From positions 3,200,001 to 3,264,000 of the forward strand of contig OY760937.1 of NCBI GenBank assembly GCA_963664225.1: DNA of 64,000 nucleotides. The letters are read 5' to 3'. The position numbers and the translations under genes are program-made. Under the pieces are notes generated by a model that saw only the letters and a list, made by a program, of their open reading frames with translations, made no database searches and was not told where the DNA came from. Positions 39,200 through 48,639 of the stretch are shown here, one piece after another. This DNA is from Verrucomicrobiia bacterium (GTDB taxonomy: Bacteria > Verrucomicrobiota > Verrucomicrobiia > Limisphaerales > UBA1319). Position 1 is the first letter of the stretch. Each line of letters begins with the position of its first letter.

Positions 39200-40222
39200 T
39201 TACAGCGCCCAACTCGGGAGGACCTCCGCGTCCAACGGGGTGGGCGCTTCGCCTTTCAAACATTTGCGCTCCGCCAGGACGCCGATCATCGCCGCGTTAT
39301 CCGTGCAGAAACTCCCCGAGGCCAGACGCAATTTGATACCCTCCTTGCGGCAGGCGAGATCCAGATCCGCACGAAGACTGCGGTTGCAGGAAACCCCGCC
39401 GGACACCGTGACGCACCCGACCTTTAAACGGCGCGCGGCCTGGAGGGTTTTGGCCACGAGGGTATCCACAATCGCAGCCTGCGCGCTGGCGCACAAGTCG
39501 AAGAGACGCGCGTGATCCTCCATGATCTCCGGGTGATCCCGGAGAAAATAGCGCACCGAGGTCTTCAATCCGCTGAAGCTGAAATCATCCTTGCCATCAC
39601 GAATCATGGGGCGCGGGAAATCATACGCATCGCGGTTTCCCTTTGCGGCCAAACGATCCATTTGCGGCCCGCCGGGATAGGGCAGGCCGATCATTTTCGC
39701 GATTTTATCGAAGCACTCGCCTGCCGCATCGTCCACCGTCGATCCCAGCACCAAATGGTCCAGTTCGGCCCGAACATGCACGAGGAGCGTGTGTCCGCCG
39801 CTGACAATCAGGGAAACGGAGGGTTCGAATGCGGAGAAATCCGAGTGCGGTGGATCGCCGGTGATCCAGGCCGAATAAAGATGCGCTTCGTGGTGATTGA
39901 CGCCGAAGAGCGGTTTATTCAGGACGAAAGCCATGGATTGCGCGGCCTTGAACCCGGTCATCAGCGCATTGGGCAGACCCGGCCCGCGCGTGACCGCAAT
40001 GGCGTCGAGGTCCTCCACGGAGGTGTCTGCGGATTTGAGCGCCGCCCGGGCCACGGGCATGAGGTTGCGCAGATGCTCCCGCGCCGCCAGTTCTGGAACC
40101 ACCCCTCCGTATTCCGCGTGAAGGGCGATTTGGGACGAGATCACGTTCGAGACGACCCACCCGTCCCGGATCACTGCGGCGCTGGTTTCGTCACACGATG
40201 TTTCCAGGGCCAGCAGCCTCAT
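39200..40222 (-). CDS. tsaD: tRNA threonylcarbamoyltransferase subunit TsaD
   Basis: ETSCDET, GGVVPELA, HHEAH, VSGGH, DDAAGECFDK and CTDNAAMI. Confidence 0.97.
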   Translation of the reverse strand: MRLLALETSCDETSAAVIRDGWVVSNVISSQIALHAEYGGVVPELAAREHLRNLMPVARAALKSADTSVEDLDAIAVTRGPGLPNALMTGFKAAQSMAFVLNKPLFGVNHHEAHLYSAWITGDPPHSDFSAFEPSVSLIVSGGHTLLVHVRAELDHLVLGSTVDDAAGECFDKIAKMIGLPYPGGPQMDRLAAKGNRDAYDFPRPMIRDGKDDFSFSGLKTSVRYFLRDHPEIMEDHARLFDLCASAQAAIVDTLVAKTLQAARRLKVGCVTVSGGVSCNRSLRADLDLACRKEGIKLRLASGSFCTDNAAMIGVLAERKCLKGEAPTPLDAEVLPSWAL

Positions 40223-41550
40223 TTGGAGGCCACTTTTTTGGTCATGCCCGTCGAGCGTTCGGAGTAGATCAAAATGCCCTTGAGCAATTCCTCGGCCCGG
40301 TCCAGTTGGACATCGCGGAGCTCGCGCACCGCCGCGCGCCGTTTATCGTCGAATCCCTCGTAAGCATCCACGCCGCCGGGCAGCCGCTTGATGATCAACG
40401 CCTCTTCGTCCTCGGGCGTAATGGGAATCTCGATATCCGGCGTGATGCCGCGTTCATGAATGACGCGATGGCTCGGGGTGTAATACTTCGCCGTGGTCAA
40501 CCGCAGGGCCGAACCATCGGGCATGGGCAGGATGCTTTGCACCGAACCTTTGCCAAAGGATTGTTCGCCCACGATGATGGCGCGCTGGGGCTTCACGTCC
40601 TGAAGGCAGCCGGCCACGATTTCCGAGGCGCTGGCGCTGCCGCCATTGACCAATACCACCATCGCCAGGGAGGCGGCCGGGTAATCCCCATTGCTCCGGG
40701 CGCGATATTCGGATTTGCGGGGCGCCATGCGGCCCTCAGTGGTCACCACCAGTTCGCCCCGCGGCAGGAAAAATTCGCACACCTTGACCGCCTGATCGAG
40801 CAGGCCGCCCGGGTTGTTCCGCAGGTCCAGCACCAATCCCCGCATTCCGTGGGCCTGGAGCTTCTTCAGCGCGGCCTCCAATTCGGTCGCGGTCGGCTCG
40901 TTGAACTGGGTCAGCCGGATATAGCCGATTTTATTTTCGTCCACCGGGAATTCGCGTCTCCCGTTGATGTCCTTGACGGTATCCACCTTGATGACCGCCC
41001 GGTTTAATTTGTAATCCTTGGTGACACCCGAGCTGGGCCGGAAAATCGAGATCGTGACCTCGGTGCCCGGTTCACCGCGCAATTTCTTGACCACATCCTG
41101 CATCGATAGTTTCTCTGTGCTTTTGCCTTCGATCTTGACCAGCCGGTCCCCGGATAGAATTCCCGCATTGAAGGCGGGGGTCTCATCCATGGGCGTGATG
41201 ACGGTCAGGAAACCATCCCGCAAACCAATCTGAATGCCCACGCCGCCGAAAGCGCCTTCGGTGTCTTTCTTCAACTCGTCGAATTTCACCGGCTCCATGA
41301 ATTCGCTGTGCGGATCCAGCGTGCTGATCATTCCCCGCAGCGCGCCGTAAATCAGGTCCTGGTAGCTCGTCTTGTCTCCGTCCACATAATCGTCGCGCAC
41401 GCGTTCCAATACGCGTGTAAACAGCTCCAGATTATCGTAAACGGCATTTTTGTCCGCCGCCTGGGCCGAGCCATAATAGAGATGCGCGCCCCAGAACAGG
41501 TTCAGCCCGAGGACCGTCATGACGACGACGTAAAGAATTCGTTTTTTCAT
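40219..41550 (-). CDS. ctpA: S41 carboxyl-terminal processing protease
   Basis: LDPHS, PDZ domain, DLRNNPGG, SASASEIVAG and GKGSVQ. Confidence 0.95.
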   Translation of the reverse strand: MKKRILYVVVMTVLGLNLFWGAHLYYGSAQAADKNAVYDNLELFTRVLERVRDDYVDGDKTSYQDLIYGALRGMISTLDPHSEFMEPVKFDELKKDTEGAFGGVGIQIGLRDGFLTVITPMDETPAFNAGILSGDRLVKIEGKSTEKLSMQDVVKKLRGEPGTEVTISIFRPSSGVTKDYKLNRAVIKVDTVKDINGRREFPVDENKIGYIRLTQFNEPTATELEAALKKLQAHGMRGLVLDLRNNPGGLLDQAVKVCEFFLPRGELVVTTEGRMAPRKSEYRARSNGDYPAASLAMVVLVNGGSASASEIVAGCLQDVKPQRAIIVGEQSFGKGSVQSILPMPDGSALRLTTAKYYTPSHRVIHERGITPDIEIPITPEDEEALIIKRLPGGVDAYEGFDDKRRAAVRELRDVQLDRAEELLKGILIYSERSTGMTKKVASK

Positions 41551-41756
41551 ACCACTTCCGTCGCAGCCCATTGAGCCATATCTCAAGGCTGCCACCGCGC
41601 GAAACCCTATTGCGATCCCGCACTCTTCCCTGACATTAAAGGCCCCCCTTCAGTTATTCAAGGGCAGGATTCGTTCCGCGCGCTGAAAGGGCTCAGGACA
41701 AAGTTCTCCAGCAACCAGAAAAAGACCAAAAAATGTCAATGGAGTATATAGGGTGA

Positions 41757-42605
41757 CCGGTGTCTTCGGAGCGCCGGTCTCCTGACCGGCTTACGGTGTT
41801 CTCGAACCCAACGTTTTCAAATGCCCCGCGATTCCCGCACGCCGGTGTCTTCGGAGCGCCGGTCTCCTGACCGGCTTACGGTGTTCTCGAACCCAACGTT
41901 TTCAAATGCCCCGCGAACCCCGCACGCCGGTGTCTTCGGAGCGCCGGTCTCCTGACCGGCTTACGGTGCTCTCAAACCCAACGTTTTCAAATGCCCCGCG
42001 AACCCCGCACGCCGGTGTCTTCGGAGCGCCGGTCTCCTGACCGGCTTACGGTGCTCTCAAACCCAACGTTTTTAAATGCCCCGCGAACCCCGCACGCCGG
42101 TGTCTTCGGAGCGCCGGTCTCCTGACCGGCTTACGGTGTTCTCAAACCCAACGTTTTCAAATGCCCCGCGAACCCCGCACGCCGGTGTCTTCGGAGCGCC
42201 GGTCTCCAGACCGGCTTACGGTGTTCTCAAACCCAACGTTTTCAATGCCCCGCGAACCCCGCACGCCGGTGTCTTCGGAGCGCCGGTCTCCTGACCGGCT
42301 TACGGTGCTCTCAAACCCAACGTTTTTAAATGCCCCGCGAACCCCGCACGCCGGTGTCTTCGGAGCGCCGGTCTCCTGACCGGCTTACGGTGCTCTCAAA
42401 CCCAACGTTTTTAAATGCCCCGCGAACCCCGCACGCCGGTGTCTTCGGAGCGCCGGTCTCCTGACCGGCTTACGGTGTTCTCGAACCCAACGTTTTCAAA
42501 TGCCCCGCGAACCCCGCACGCCGGTGTCTTCGGAGCGCCGGTCTCCTGACCGGCTTACGGTGTTCTCGAACCCAACGTTTTCAAATGCCCCGCGATTTCC
42601 GCATG
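41757..42605 (+). repeat. Tandem array of ten 85-bp units, each with a GGAG-tagged REP-like hairpin
   Basis: Units start at 41757, 41842, 41927, 42012, 42097, 42182, 42266, 42351, 42436 and 42521. Hairpin GCCGGTC-TCCT-GACCGGC; no unique spacers. Confidence 0.97.
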
Positions 42606-42681
42606 CTGGTTCAGTCGTTGCCGCAAAACCGATTTAAATTCAGCGCACGGCCATGGCTCTTTTCCACACTCCTGGATTTTG

Positions 42682-43542
42682 TCATGCTCCCTTGACCCAC
42701 CGCGCGCGGATTTTCTGCTCCACGTCCTCCTGGAACTTGCGAATGTAACCGGTGACGTATTGAGCCGGATCCAGGCTGGCGTCACTGACCAGGGGCGTGA
42801 GGTCCATGGCAAACGTCAGGTGCGTGGCCTGGTCCACACCATGGGGTTCCAGGAAGGTGGCGTTGGCGCGTCGCCGGCCCAGAACGGCCAGATCATAACG
42901 TTTGCCGCCGGAGATTTGCGAATCGAACACCCCGGAAAGCGCGGCCGAGAGATTCTCCCGCGCGCTGACATCGAGCAGGACCTTGTCGGCATCGTGCAGC
43001 CAGTCGAGCGCGCGCCAGATTTCGCAGCCATATACTTTCCCCGGGCGCTGCCCGGCGGGAAGCGCGCGCAGGGCCTGAACCACGGCGGCGGCCACGGCCA
43101 CATGCGTTTCGTGCTTGTCGGCCAGGTTATGCGTATAGACCACGGAGGGACGGGCTGCGGAGAAAATCGCGATGAGATCGTTCTTCAAGGCGGCATTGGT
43201 GGCGTCCTTCAATTCCGCGCTGGAGTAGTCGAGCTGGAGCATCGCCGCGTAATCGCCGATCTGGGCGGCGTCCCGCTGCTCCCGGCGTCGCACCACCTGC
43301 ATCTGCGCGTCGGTAAAATCCGCATACGGCCCGATGCGGGAACTGCCCGCGCCATTGGTGCAGGTGACCCCCGCGAAACGGGCTTCCGTCTTGCGGTAGC
43401 AGGCCAGAATGCCGTGAATCGCCATGAACTCGAGATCGTCCTGGTGGGCTCCCACGCCAAGATGCGTGGCGCGGTTCAGCGCCTGGGGAAACGGAGCGCC
43501 GTCCGGCGCGTAAAGATCCGCTGTCGCATGATATAATTTCAT
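42682..43542 (-). CDS. PIG-L/LmbE family N-acetyl sugar deacetylase
   Basis: GAHQDDLE, RRREQRDAA and DKHETH motifs. Confidence 0.9.
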   Translation of the reverse strand: MKLYHATADLYAPDGAPFPQALNRATHLGVGAHQDDLEFMAIHGILACYRKTEARFAGVTCTNGAGSSRIGPYADFTDAQMQVVRRREQRDAAQIGDYAAMLQLDYSSAELKDATNAALKNDLIAIFSAARPSVVYTHNLADKHETHVAVAAAVVQALRALPAGQRPGKVYGCEIWRALDWLHDADKVLLDVSARENLSAALSGVFDSQISGGKRYDLAVLGRRRANATFLEPHGVDQATHLTFAMDLTPLVSDASLDPAQYVTGYIRKFQEDVEQKIRARWVKGA

Positions 43543-44981
43543 GATTTTAAAATTCTCGGATTTCCATTCTGATGGCTGATGGGCGGGAGGCTCGCGGCGG
43601 CGAAGGCCTGGCCCACGCGCCTGCTGCGTTCATCGGGCACCACCAGCGCCACGCGATCCTTAAACTCGGGAAACGCCTTGTCAAGCACCGCTCTCGCCTT
43701 GGCGATGATGACGTCCCCGCCGGCCCCGGAGGTCACCCGGCCCAGAACCAGCAGATTGTCGAATTCATAGAATCCGGCGTAAAGCGGGATCGTGTAGCCA
43801 AGATACACGCCGATGGTTTCGTAGATTTTTTGCGCCGCCGGATTTCCCCGCTCCATCAGTTGCTGCACCTCCTTGAGGCGTTCGGGCAATCCCATTTCCG
43901 CCGGGAACGTGAGTCCTGCGGCCGGCGCGAGCTTGTTGACCGCCTGCTGGGAGAAATACTGCGCCCCCACCCCCGCGTCGCCGGACCATTCGTCCACAGC
44001 CGCCCCGGGATTCAAATCCACGGGCGCAAAGGCCAGTTCGGTGAGCCGGCCCGTCAGATAGCCCCGGCGGTCCAGGTATCCGGCGGCCTCGCTCGATCCC
44101 ATCGCCACGCCAAGCACGCCGTGTTTTTCCAGCGACATCGCCCCGGCCAGCGCCGTGACATCGCCGTCATTGAGCACTTCCAGGGGGACATTCCACTGCT
44201 TCCGCAATTGCAGAAACATGGGGCGCACGCTGCGGTCGAATTCGGTCTGCGGCACCGCACGGAAAAGGGAGGCCGCCATGATCTGGTTGTCGATGATCAC
44301 GCCGGCGGAACTCCCGCCAATGGCATCGACGCGGGGAAGGTGCTCCGCGGCGGTTTTCAGCCCCTGGTTGATGAGCTTGTAGTGGTATTGGGGATCGGCC
44401 TGATCACGCGGATTCCATGGAATTTCAGCGCTGAACACCAATTCGCCATTCTTCACGGCAGCCAGTTTGTAATCGCTGGCCCCAAGATCGAAACCGATGC
44501 GGCATCCGTCCAGATGACCGCCGAGCAAAAGCCCGGATTCCCTGGCTTCGGGCACGTCGTGCGGCGCCACCAGGGCGGTGGTAAACACCCGCTGGTAGGC
44601 CCGGGACATGAATTCCGCGTCGAACCCCCGCGCGCCCCCGATGCGGTAGGCCGCCAGGATGGGATCGCAATAGGCTGCGGGACCGGACAGGGTCAGACTC
44701 CAGCCGCCCCAGGCCCAGAGGAGGAATTTGACAACCCGTTCAATGAGGCGCGCCACTTCCGCGTCGTTCGCGGTTCCCGGAGGCGGGGTTTCCAATTCGT
44801 AACGGCTGACCATTTCCCCGGCGCGCTCGACAGCGATGATGACACGCTCGCGGCCCGGCAGGTCGCGAACCGCGTTGCGGAGGTTGTTCAACCCCAAAAT
44901 CATGGGTCGAAACCCGGCATCCAGCGGAGCGCCAACGGCGGGCGTCCCCAATTTTATATATGGCAAATGCGATTTATCCAT
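43539..44981 (-). CDS. ROK-family sugar kinase with N-terminal extension
   Basis: IGFDLGASD, NDGDVTALAG and GVAMGSSEAAG; start taken at ATG 44981. Confidence 0.88.
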   Translation of the reverse strand: MDKSHLPYIKLGTPAVGAPLDAGFRPMILGLNNLRNAVRDLPGRERVIIAVERAGEMVSRYELETPPPGTANDAEVARLIERVVKFLLWAWGGWSLTLSGPAAYCDPILAAYRIGGARGFDAEFMSRAYQRVFTTALVAPHDVPEARESGLLLGGHLDGCRIGFDLGASDYKLAAVKNGELVFSAEIPWNPRDQADPQYHYKLINQGLKTAAEHLPRVDAIGGSSAGVIIDNQIMAASLFRAVPQTEFDRSVRPMFLQLRKQWNVPLEVLNDGDVTALAGAMSLEKHGVLGVAMGSSEAAGYLDRRGYLTGRLTELAFAPVDLNPGAAVDEWSGDAGVGAQYFSQQAVNKLAPAAGLTFPAEMGLPERLKEVQQLMERGNPAAQKIYETIGVYLGYTIPLYAGFYEFDNLLVLGRVTSGAGGDVIIAKARAVLDKAFPEFKDRVALVVPDERSRRVGQAFAAASLPPISHQNGNPRILKS

Positions 44982-45264
44982 GGTGGATTTAATCCTTGAA
45001 GGCCTCGCATCGCGGCAATGTCCATGCGCATGAACATCCGCATGCAAGGCTTTCAATTCTCACACTTACCCTTTGAAACTTCTTTTGGCGAGAAAGAAAA
45101 AATGACTTCCGACAGGCCTGTCTGCGGGTTCCATTCGGGGCCGGGTTGACACGCCCGATCAAGTCATTAAAGTCGGCGTTGACGCCTGCGGTTTTGAGGG
45201 CGGCGCCGCAGTGCGGAAACCTTGGAATGTTTGAAAACACCAAAGCAGGAACAGGAGCCATGAA

Positions 45265-45816
45265 ATGAACGATTTACCGGCCAAACCCGGCAACCAGGCC
45301 CGCGGGACGGACTTGGGCAATTCCGCCGCGTTATGGAAGCTGCTCTGGGATTTCGATCCCAATGGATTGCTCGTGCTCGATGACGCGATGCGCATCATCC
45401 TGGTCAATCCCGCCATGTGCCAGATGTTGAAAACGAAGCGCGAACGGCTTGTGGGCGAGCTGGCCATCGATTTCCTGGACGACATTTCCGATTTCGAGCA
45501 CGCCTTTGTCACGCAGGAGGAAGTGGTGGGACCGGAGGCGTCCTATCCCCGTTTCGATCTCTACGCCCGGAAGGTGATTTTTCCCGTTCCGAACGAGAAG
45601 GTGGTTGCCGGCATTTTTGTCGATCTGACACACGAATGGAAACAACAGAGCCAGCTCGAGGTGTTGCGCTCCCGGACGGCGCAGGAAGTCCGCAATGTGG
45701 TCGATAAGCAAATGCGGGTGGCCCAGGAGATCGCCGGCCTGCTGGGCGAAACGACCGCGGAGACCAAGGTAAGTCTGCTCCGCCTGCTGGACCTGCTGCG
45801 CCCGGATCATGAGTGA
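45265..45816 (+). CDS. Stand-alone PAS-domain protein with HfsB/HydS-like C-terminal helix
   Basis: PNGLLVLD...VNPA PAS start; C-terminal VVDKQMRVAQEIAGLLGETTAETKV. Confidence 0.85.
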   Translation: MNDLPAKPGNQARGTDLGNSAALWKLLWDFDPNGLLVLDDAMRIILVNPAMCQMLKTKRERLVGELAIDFLDDISDFEHAFVTQEEVVGPEASYPRFDLYARKVIFPVPNEKVVAGIFVDLTHEWKQQSQLEVLRSRTAQEVRNVVDKQMRVAQEIAGLLGETTAETKVSLLRLLDLLRPDHE

Positions 45817-46978
45817 GAAACCCATATTTTACGAGGTTTTTCCCCTCAGCCTGAAGCGCCAGGGAGAGGAAGTCTGCGGGGACCAGGTCAAGCTGTTCCG
45901 CACGCGCGAAAAGACCATCATGGTTTTATCGGACGGCCTGGGCAGCGGCATCAAGGCGACCATTCTGGCCCGGCTCACCACTGAAATCATCGTCACCATG
46001 CTGCGGGCCGGGGCTCCGTTGGACGAGGTCATTCAAACGATCGTGGGCACCCTGCCGACCTGTCGCGAGCGCGGTCTCGCCTACGCCACGTTTGTCATTC
46101 TTCAAATCCAGCACGCGAATGGGCGGTTCACCCTCGTCAGTTTCGACAGCCCGCCGCCCATACTCTTGCGCCGCCGCCAGCCGCGGCTCCTGGAATCCCG
46201 ATGCGAAACGTTGTCCGGCAAATCCCTGTGCTTCAGCGAAGGGGTTCTGGAGAGCGGGGACTTCCTGGGATTAATGAGCGACGGTGTCTTGTACGCCGAT
46301 AAAGTCCCCACGATGAACCAGGGCTGGGGCTGGTTCGAAATCGCGGCCTGCCTTTCAAAAACGGCCCGCAACGGCATGAGCTCCGCCGAACGCCTCGTGC
46401 AGGCGGTGATGAATGAGACCCAAAAACGATACGGCGCGGCCGTTGGGGACGATGCCACTTTCGTTGGCGTTCTGGCCCGGAAACCCCGTCGGCTCGCCGT
46501 TTTCACTGGTCCGCCCACCGATAAAAGCCGGGACGCGGCCTGTGTGGAAAGGCTGTTGCAGTTTGAGGGCCGGCGCGTGGTCTGCGGCGGAACCACCGGC
46601 AATATCGTCGCGGAATATTTGGGCGAGGTCATTCACACCGATGAAAGCACCGCGCGGGAGGGCATTCCACCCGTGGGCGATCTGCCCGAAGTTGACTTGA
46701 TCACGGAAGGCATCCTCACCATGGCCCGGACTCTGGAACTGCTTAAAGACAGCGGCGGCAGCGCGAGCCATCTCCCCGTGGACCGCAATGGTGCCGTCCT
46801 CCTGGCGCGCAAACTTCTCCAGGCGGATTCGATTCTGTTCCTGGCGGGTGAAAGCGTGAATCCCTTTTATCAGAACCCGCAGTTGCCCCGCAGCATTTCC
46901 ATCCGGCGAAGCCTGGTGACCCAGTTGGCGGAGGCGCTCATTCGCTTCCAAAAAGAGGTGACGGTCGAGTGGCTGTAG
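45809..46978 (+). CDS. SpoIIE/PP2C-family serine phosphatase (HfsC-like)
   Basis: CGD, LSDGLGSG, MSDGV and GDDAT motifs; C-terminal FTGPP...VVCGGTT domain. Confidence 0.9.
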   Translation: MSEKPIFYEVFPLSLKRQGEEVCGDQVKLFRTREKTIMVLSDGLGSGIKATILARLTTEIIVTMLRAGAPLDEVIQTIVGTLPTCRERGLAYATFVILQIQHANGRFTLVSFDSPPPILLRRRQPRLLESRCETLSGKSLCFSEGVLESGDFLGLMSDGVLYADKVPTMNQGWGWFEIAACLSKTARNGMSSAERLVQAVMNETQKRYGAAVGDDATFVGVLARKPRRLAVFTGPPTDKSRDAACVERLLQFEGRRVVCGGTTGNIVAEYLGEVIHTDESTAREGIPPVGDLPEVDLITEGILTMARTLELLKDSGGSASHLPVDRNGAVLLARKLLQADSILFLAGESVNPFYQNPQLPRSISIRRSLVTQLAEALIRFQKEVTVEWL

Positions 46979-47166
46979 AAATCCGCTCGCCGCATTGTCA
47001 CTGCGAATGGGACAGACATTTCACCGCATGAACCTTTGAAAACGACTGCTATAAATATCGCAAACCAGCAGGCTCGACTCGTGTTCGACGCAAAGGTGAA
47101 CCCGAGTCGGCCGCAGGGATAATCCAACGACTTTCATTCCATGGAAGATCGAGGGATCGCAAAACT

Positions 47167-48603
47167 GGGGCTGTAAAAATAATTGTGTAAGTGGCCTGAG
47201 AGAGATGAAAGGATTAACGACATGGCCATTACCGATGAAGTGCTAAACGAACTGCTTAAAGATTATCAGAAGCCCGAAGATTTATTGGGCAAGGATGGGA
47301 TCTTCAAGCAACTGCAGAAGCGGCTGCTGGAGAAGGCAATGGGAGCGGAGTTGACGGTACATTTGGGTTACGACAAGCATGACCCGGCGGGCCGCAACTC
47401 GGGCAACTCGCGCAACGGCACCAGTCCCAAGACCCTCAAGGGAGAGTTTGGTCACCTGGAGCTGGCGACGCCCCGGGATCGCAACGGAACCTTTGAGCCG
47501 CTGATCGTGGCCAAGGGGCAACGCCGGTTCGAGGGATTTGACCAAGCGATCCTCAGTCTGTATTCGCGTGGCATGACGACGCGGGAGATTGAAGGGCACC
47601 TGTTGGACATATACGGGGTGGAGGTGTCGCCGACTCTGGTCTCGCAAGTGACCGAGGCGGTGTGCGCTGATGTGAAGGTCTGGCAGGACCGACCACTGGA
47701 GGAAGTTTACCCCATTGTCTATTTTGATGCGCTCTGGGGCAAGGTGCGGCAGGACGGTCAGGTGGCCAAGGTGGCGGTGTATCTGGCGCTGGGGATCACG
47801 ATGACCGGGCAGAAGGAGGTTCTGGGCATGTGGGCGGCTCACAGTGAGGGGGCCAAGTTTTGGCTGCATGTGCTGACGGAGCTTAAAAACCGGGGAGTAA
47901 AGGACATCTTTATTGGCTGCGTGGATGGGATTAAAGGCTTCCCTGAAGCGATGGAAACGGTCTTTCCGGCGACCCAGGTGCAGCTCTGCCTGGTGCACAT
48001 GGTGCGTAATTCGCTCAGCTACGTGGGATGGAAGGAGCGCAAAGCGGTGGCCGCCGATTTGAAGGCGATTTATCGGGCGGCGACGGTGGCCCAGGCCGAG
48101 CAGGCGCTGGAGGCTTTTGCCCAAAAGTGGGACAAAAAATACCCATCGATCAGCAAGAGTTGGCGGGCGCACTGGCCGGAACTGATCACGTTTTTGAAGT
48201 ATCCTGAAGAGATCCGCAAAGCCATTTATACGACCAATGCGATTGAGTCGGTGAACCGATCGCTGCGTAAAATCACCAAGAATCGGGGCGTTTTTCCAAA
48301 CGAGGAATCCCTGCTCAAACTCTATTATCTGGCGCTGGAACGGGCGGCCAAAAAGTGGACCATGCCCATCCACAATTGGGGCCAGGCGCTGAACCGATTT
48401 GCCATTGAATTTGGGGACCGGATGCCCCAGTTGGCTTGAGCCGCCATGAAAACTGGATACGCAAGCCCATTTAACCGCAGGGGGCGCGAGCTAAGGCTCA
48501 AAGCTCGCCCCCTGCTGGTTCTATCTCGCTGCGAAAACGCAGGGAGTCATAACAACAAAAAACAAAACTAAAAAATCACTTACACAGTTTTCTTTACAAA
48601 ACC
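47167..48603 (+). mobile_element. IS256-family insertion sequence, 1437 bp
   Basis: 27-bp imperfect inverted repeats GGGGCTGTAAAAATAATTGTGTAAGTG and (reverse complement) GGTTTTGTAAAGAAAACTGTGTAAGTG; 8-bp direct repeat GCAAAACT at 47159-47166 and 48604-48611. Confidence 0.93.
47222..48439 (+). CDS. IS256-family (mutator) transposase
   Basis: NSRNG, PRDRNGTFEP, YFDA, LKNRGV, QLCLVH and YTTNAIES. Confidence 0.96.
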   Translation: MAITDEVLNELLKDYQKPEDLLGKDGIFKQLQKRLLEKAMGAELTVHLGYDKHDPAGRNSGNSRNGTSPKTLKGEFGHLELATPRDRNGTFEPLIVAKGQRRFEGFDQAILSLYSRGMTTREIEGHLLDIYGVEVSPTLVSQVTEAVCADVKVWQDRPLEEVYPIVYFDALWGKVRQDGQVAKVAVYLALGITMTGQKEVLGMWAAHSEGAKFWLHVLTELKNRGVKDIFIGCVDGIKGFPEAMETVFPATQVQLCLVHMVRNSLSYVGWKERKAVAADLKAIYRAATVAQAEQALEAFAQKWDKKYPSISKSWRAHWPELITFLKYPEEIRKAIYTTNAIESVNRSLRKITKNRGVFPNEESLLKLYYLALERAAKKWTMPIHNWGQALNRFAIEFGDRMPQLA

Positions 48604-48639
48604 GCAAAACTGGATTAAACTGGCAAAATCGTCCAGTTT

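Noticed and set aside
41757..42605. CRISPR array or repeat-encoded peptides (ORFs at 42076, 42161, 42555)
   Set aside because: Units are near-identical over their whole length with no unique spacers and no cas genes. The 85-bp period shifts frame at each unit.
45146..45162. FNR/CRP box upstream of the PAS gene (TTGAC...ATCAA)
   Set aside because: The spacer is 7 bp rather than the canonical 4.
48478..48516. GC-rich hairpin as an independent ncRNA
   Set aside because: It lies inside the IS256 boundaries, downstream of the transposase, and is most simply part of the element.
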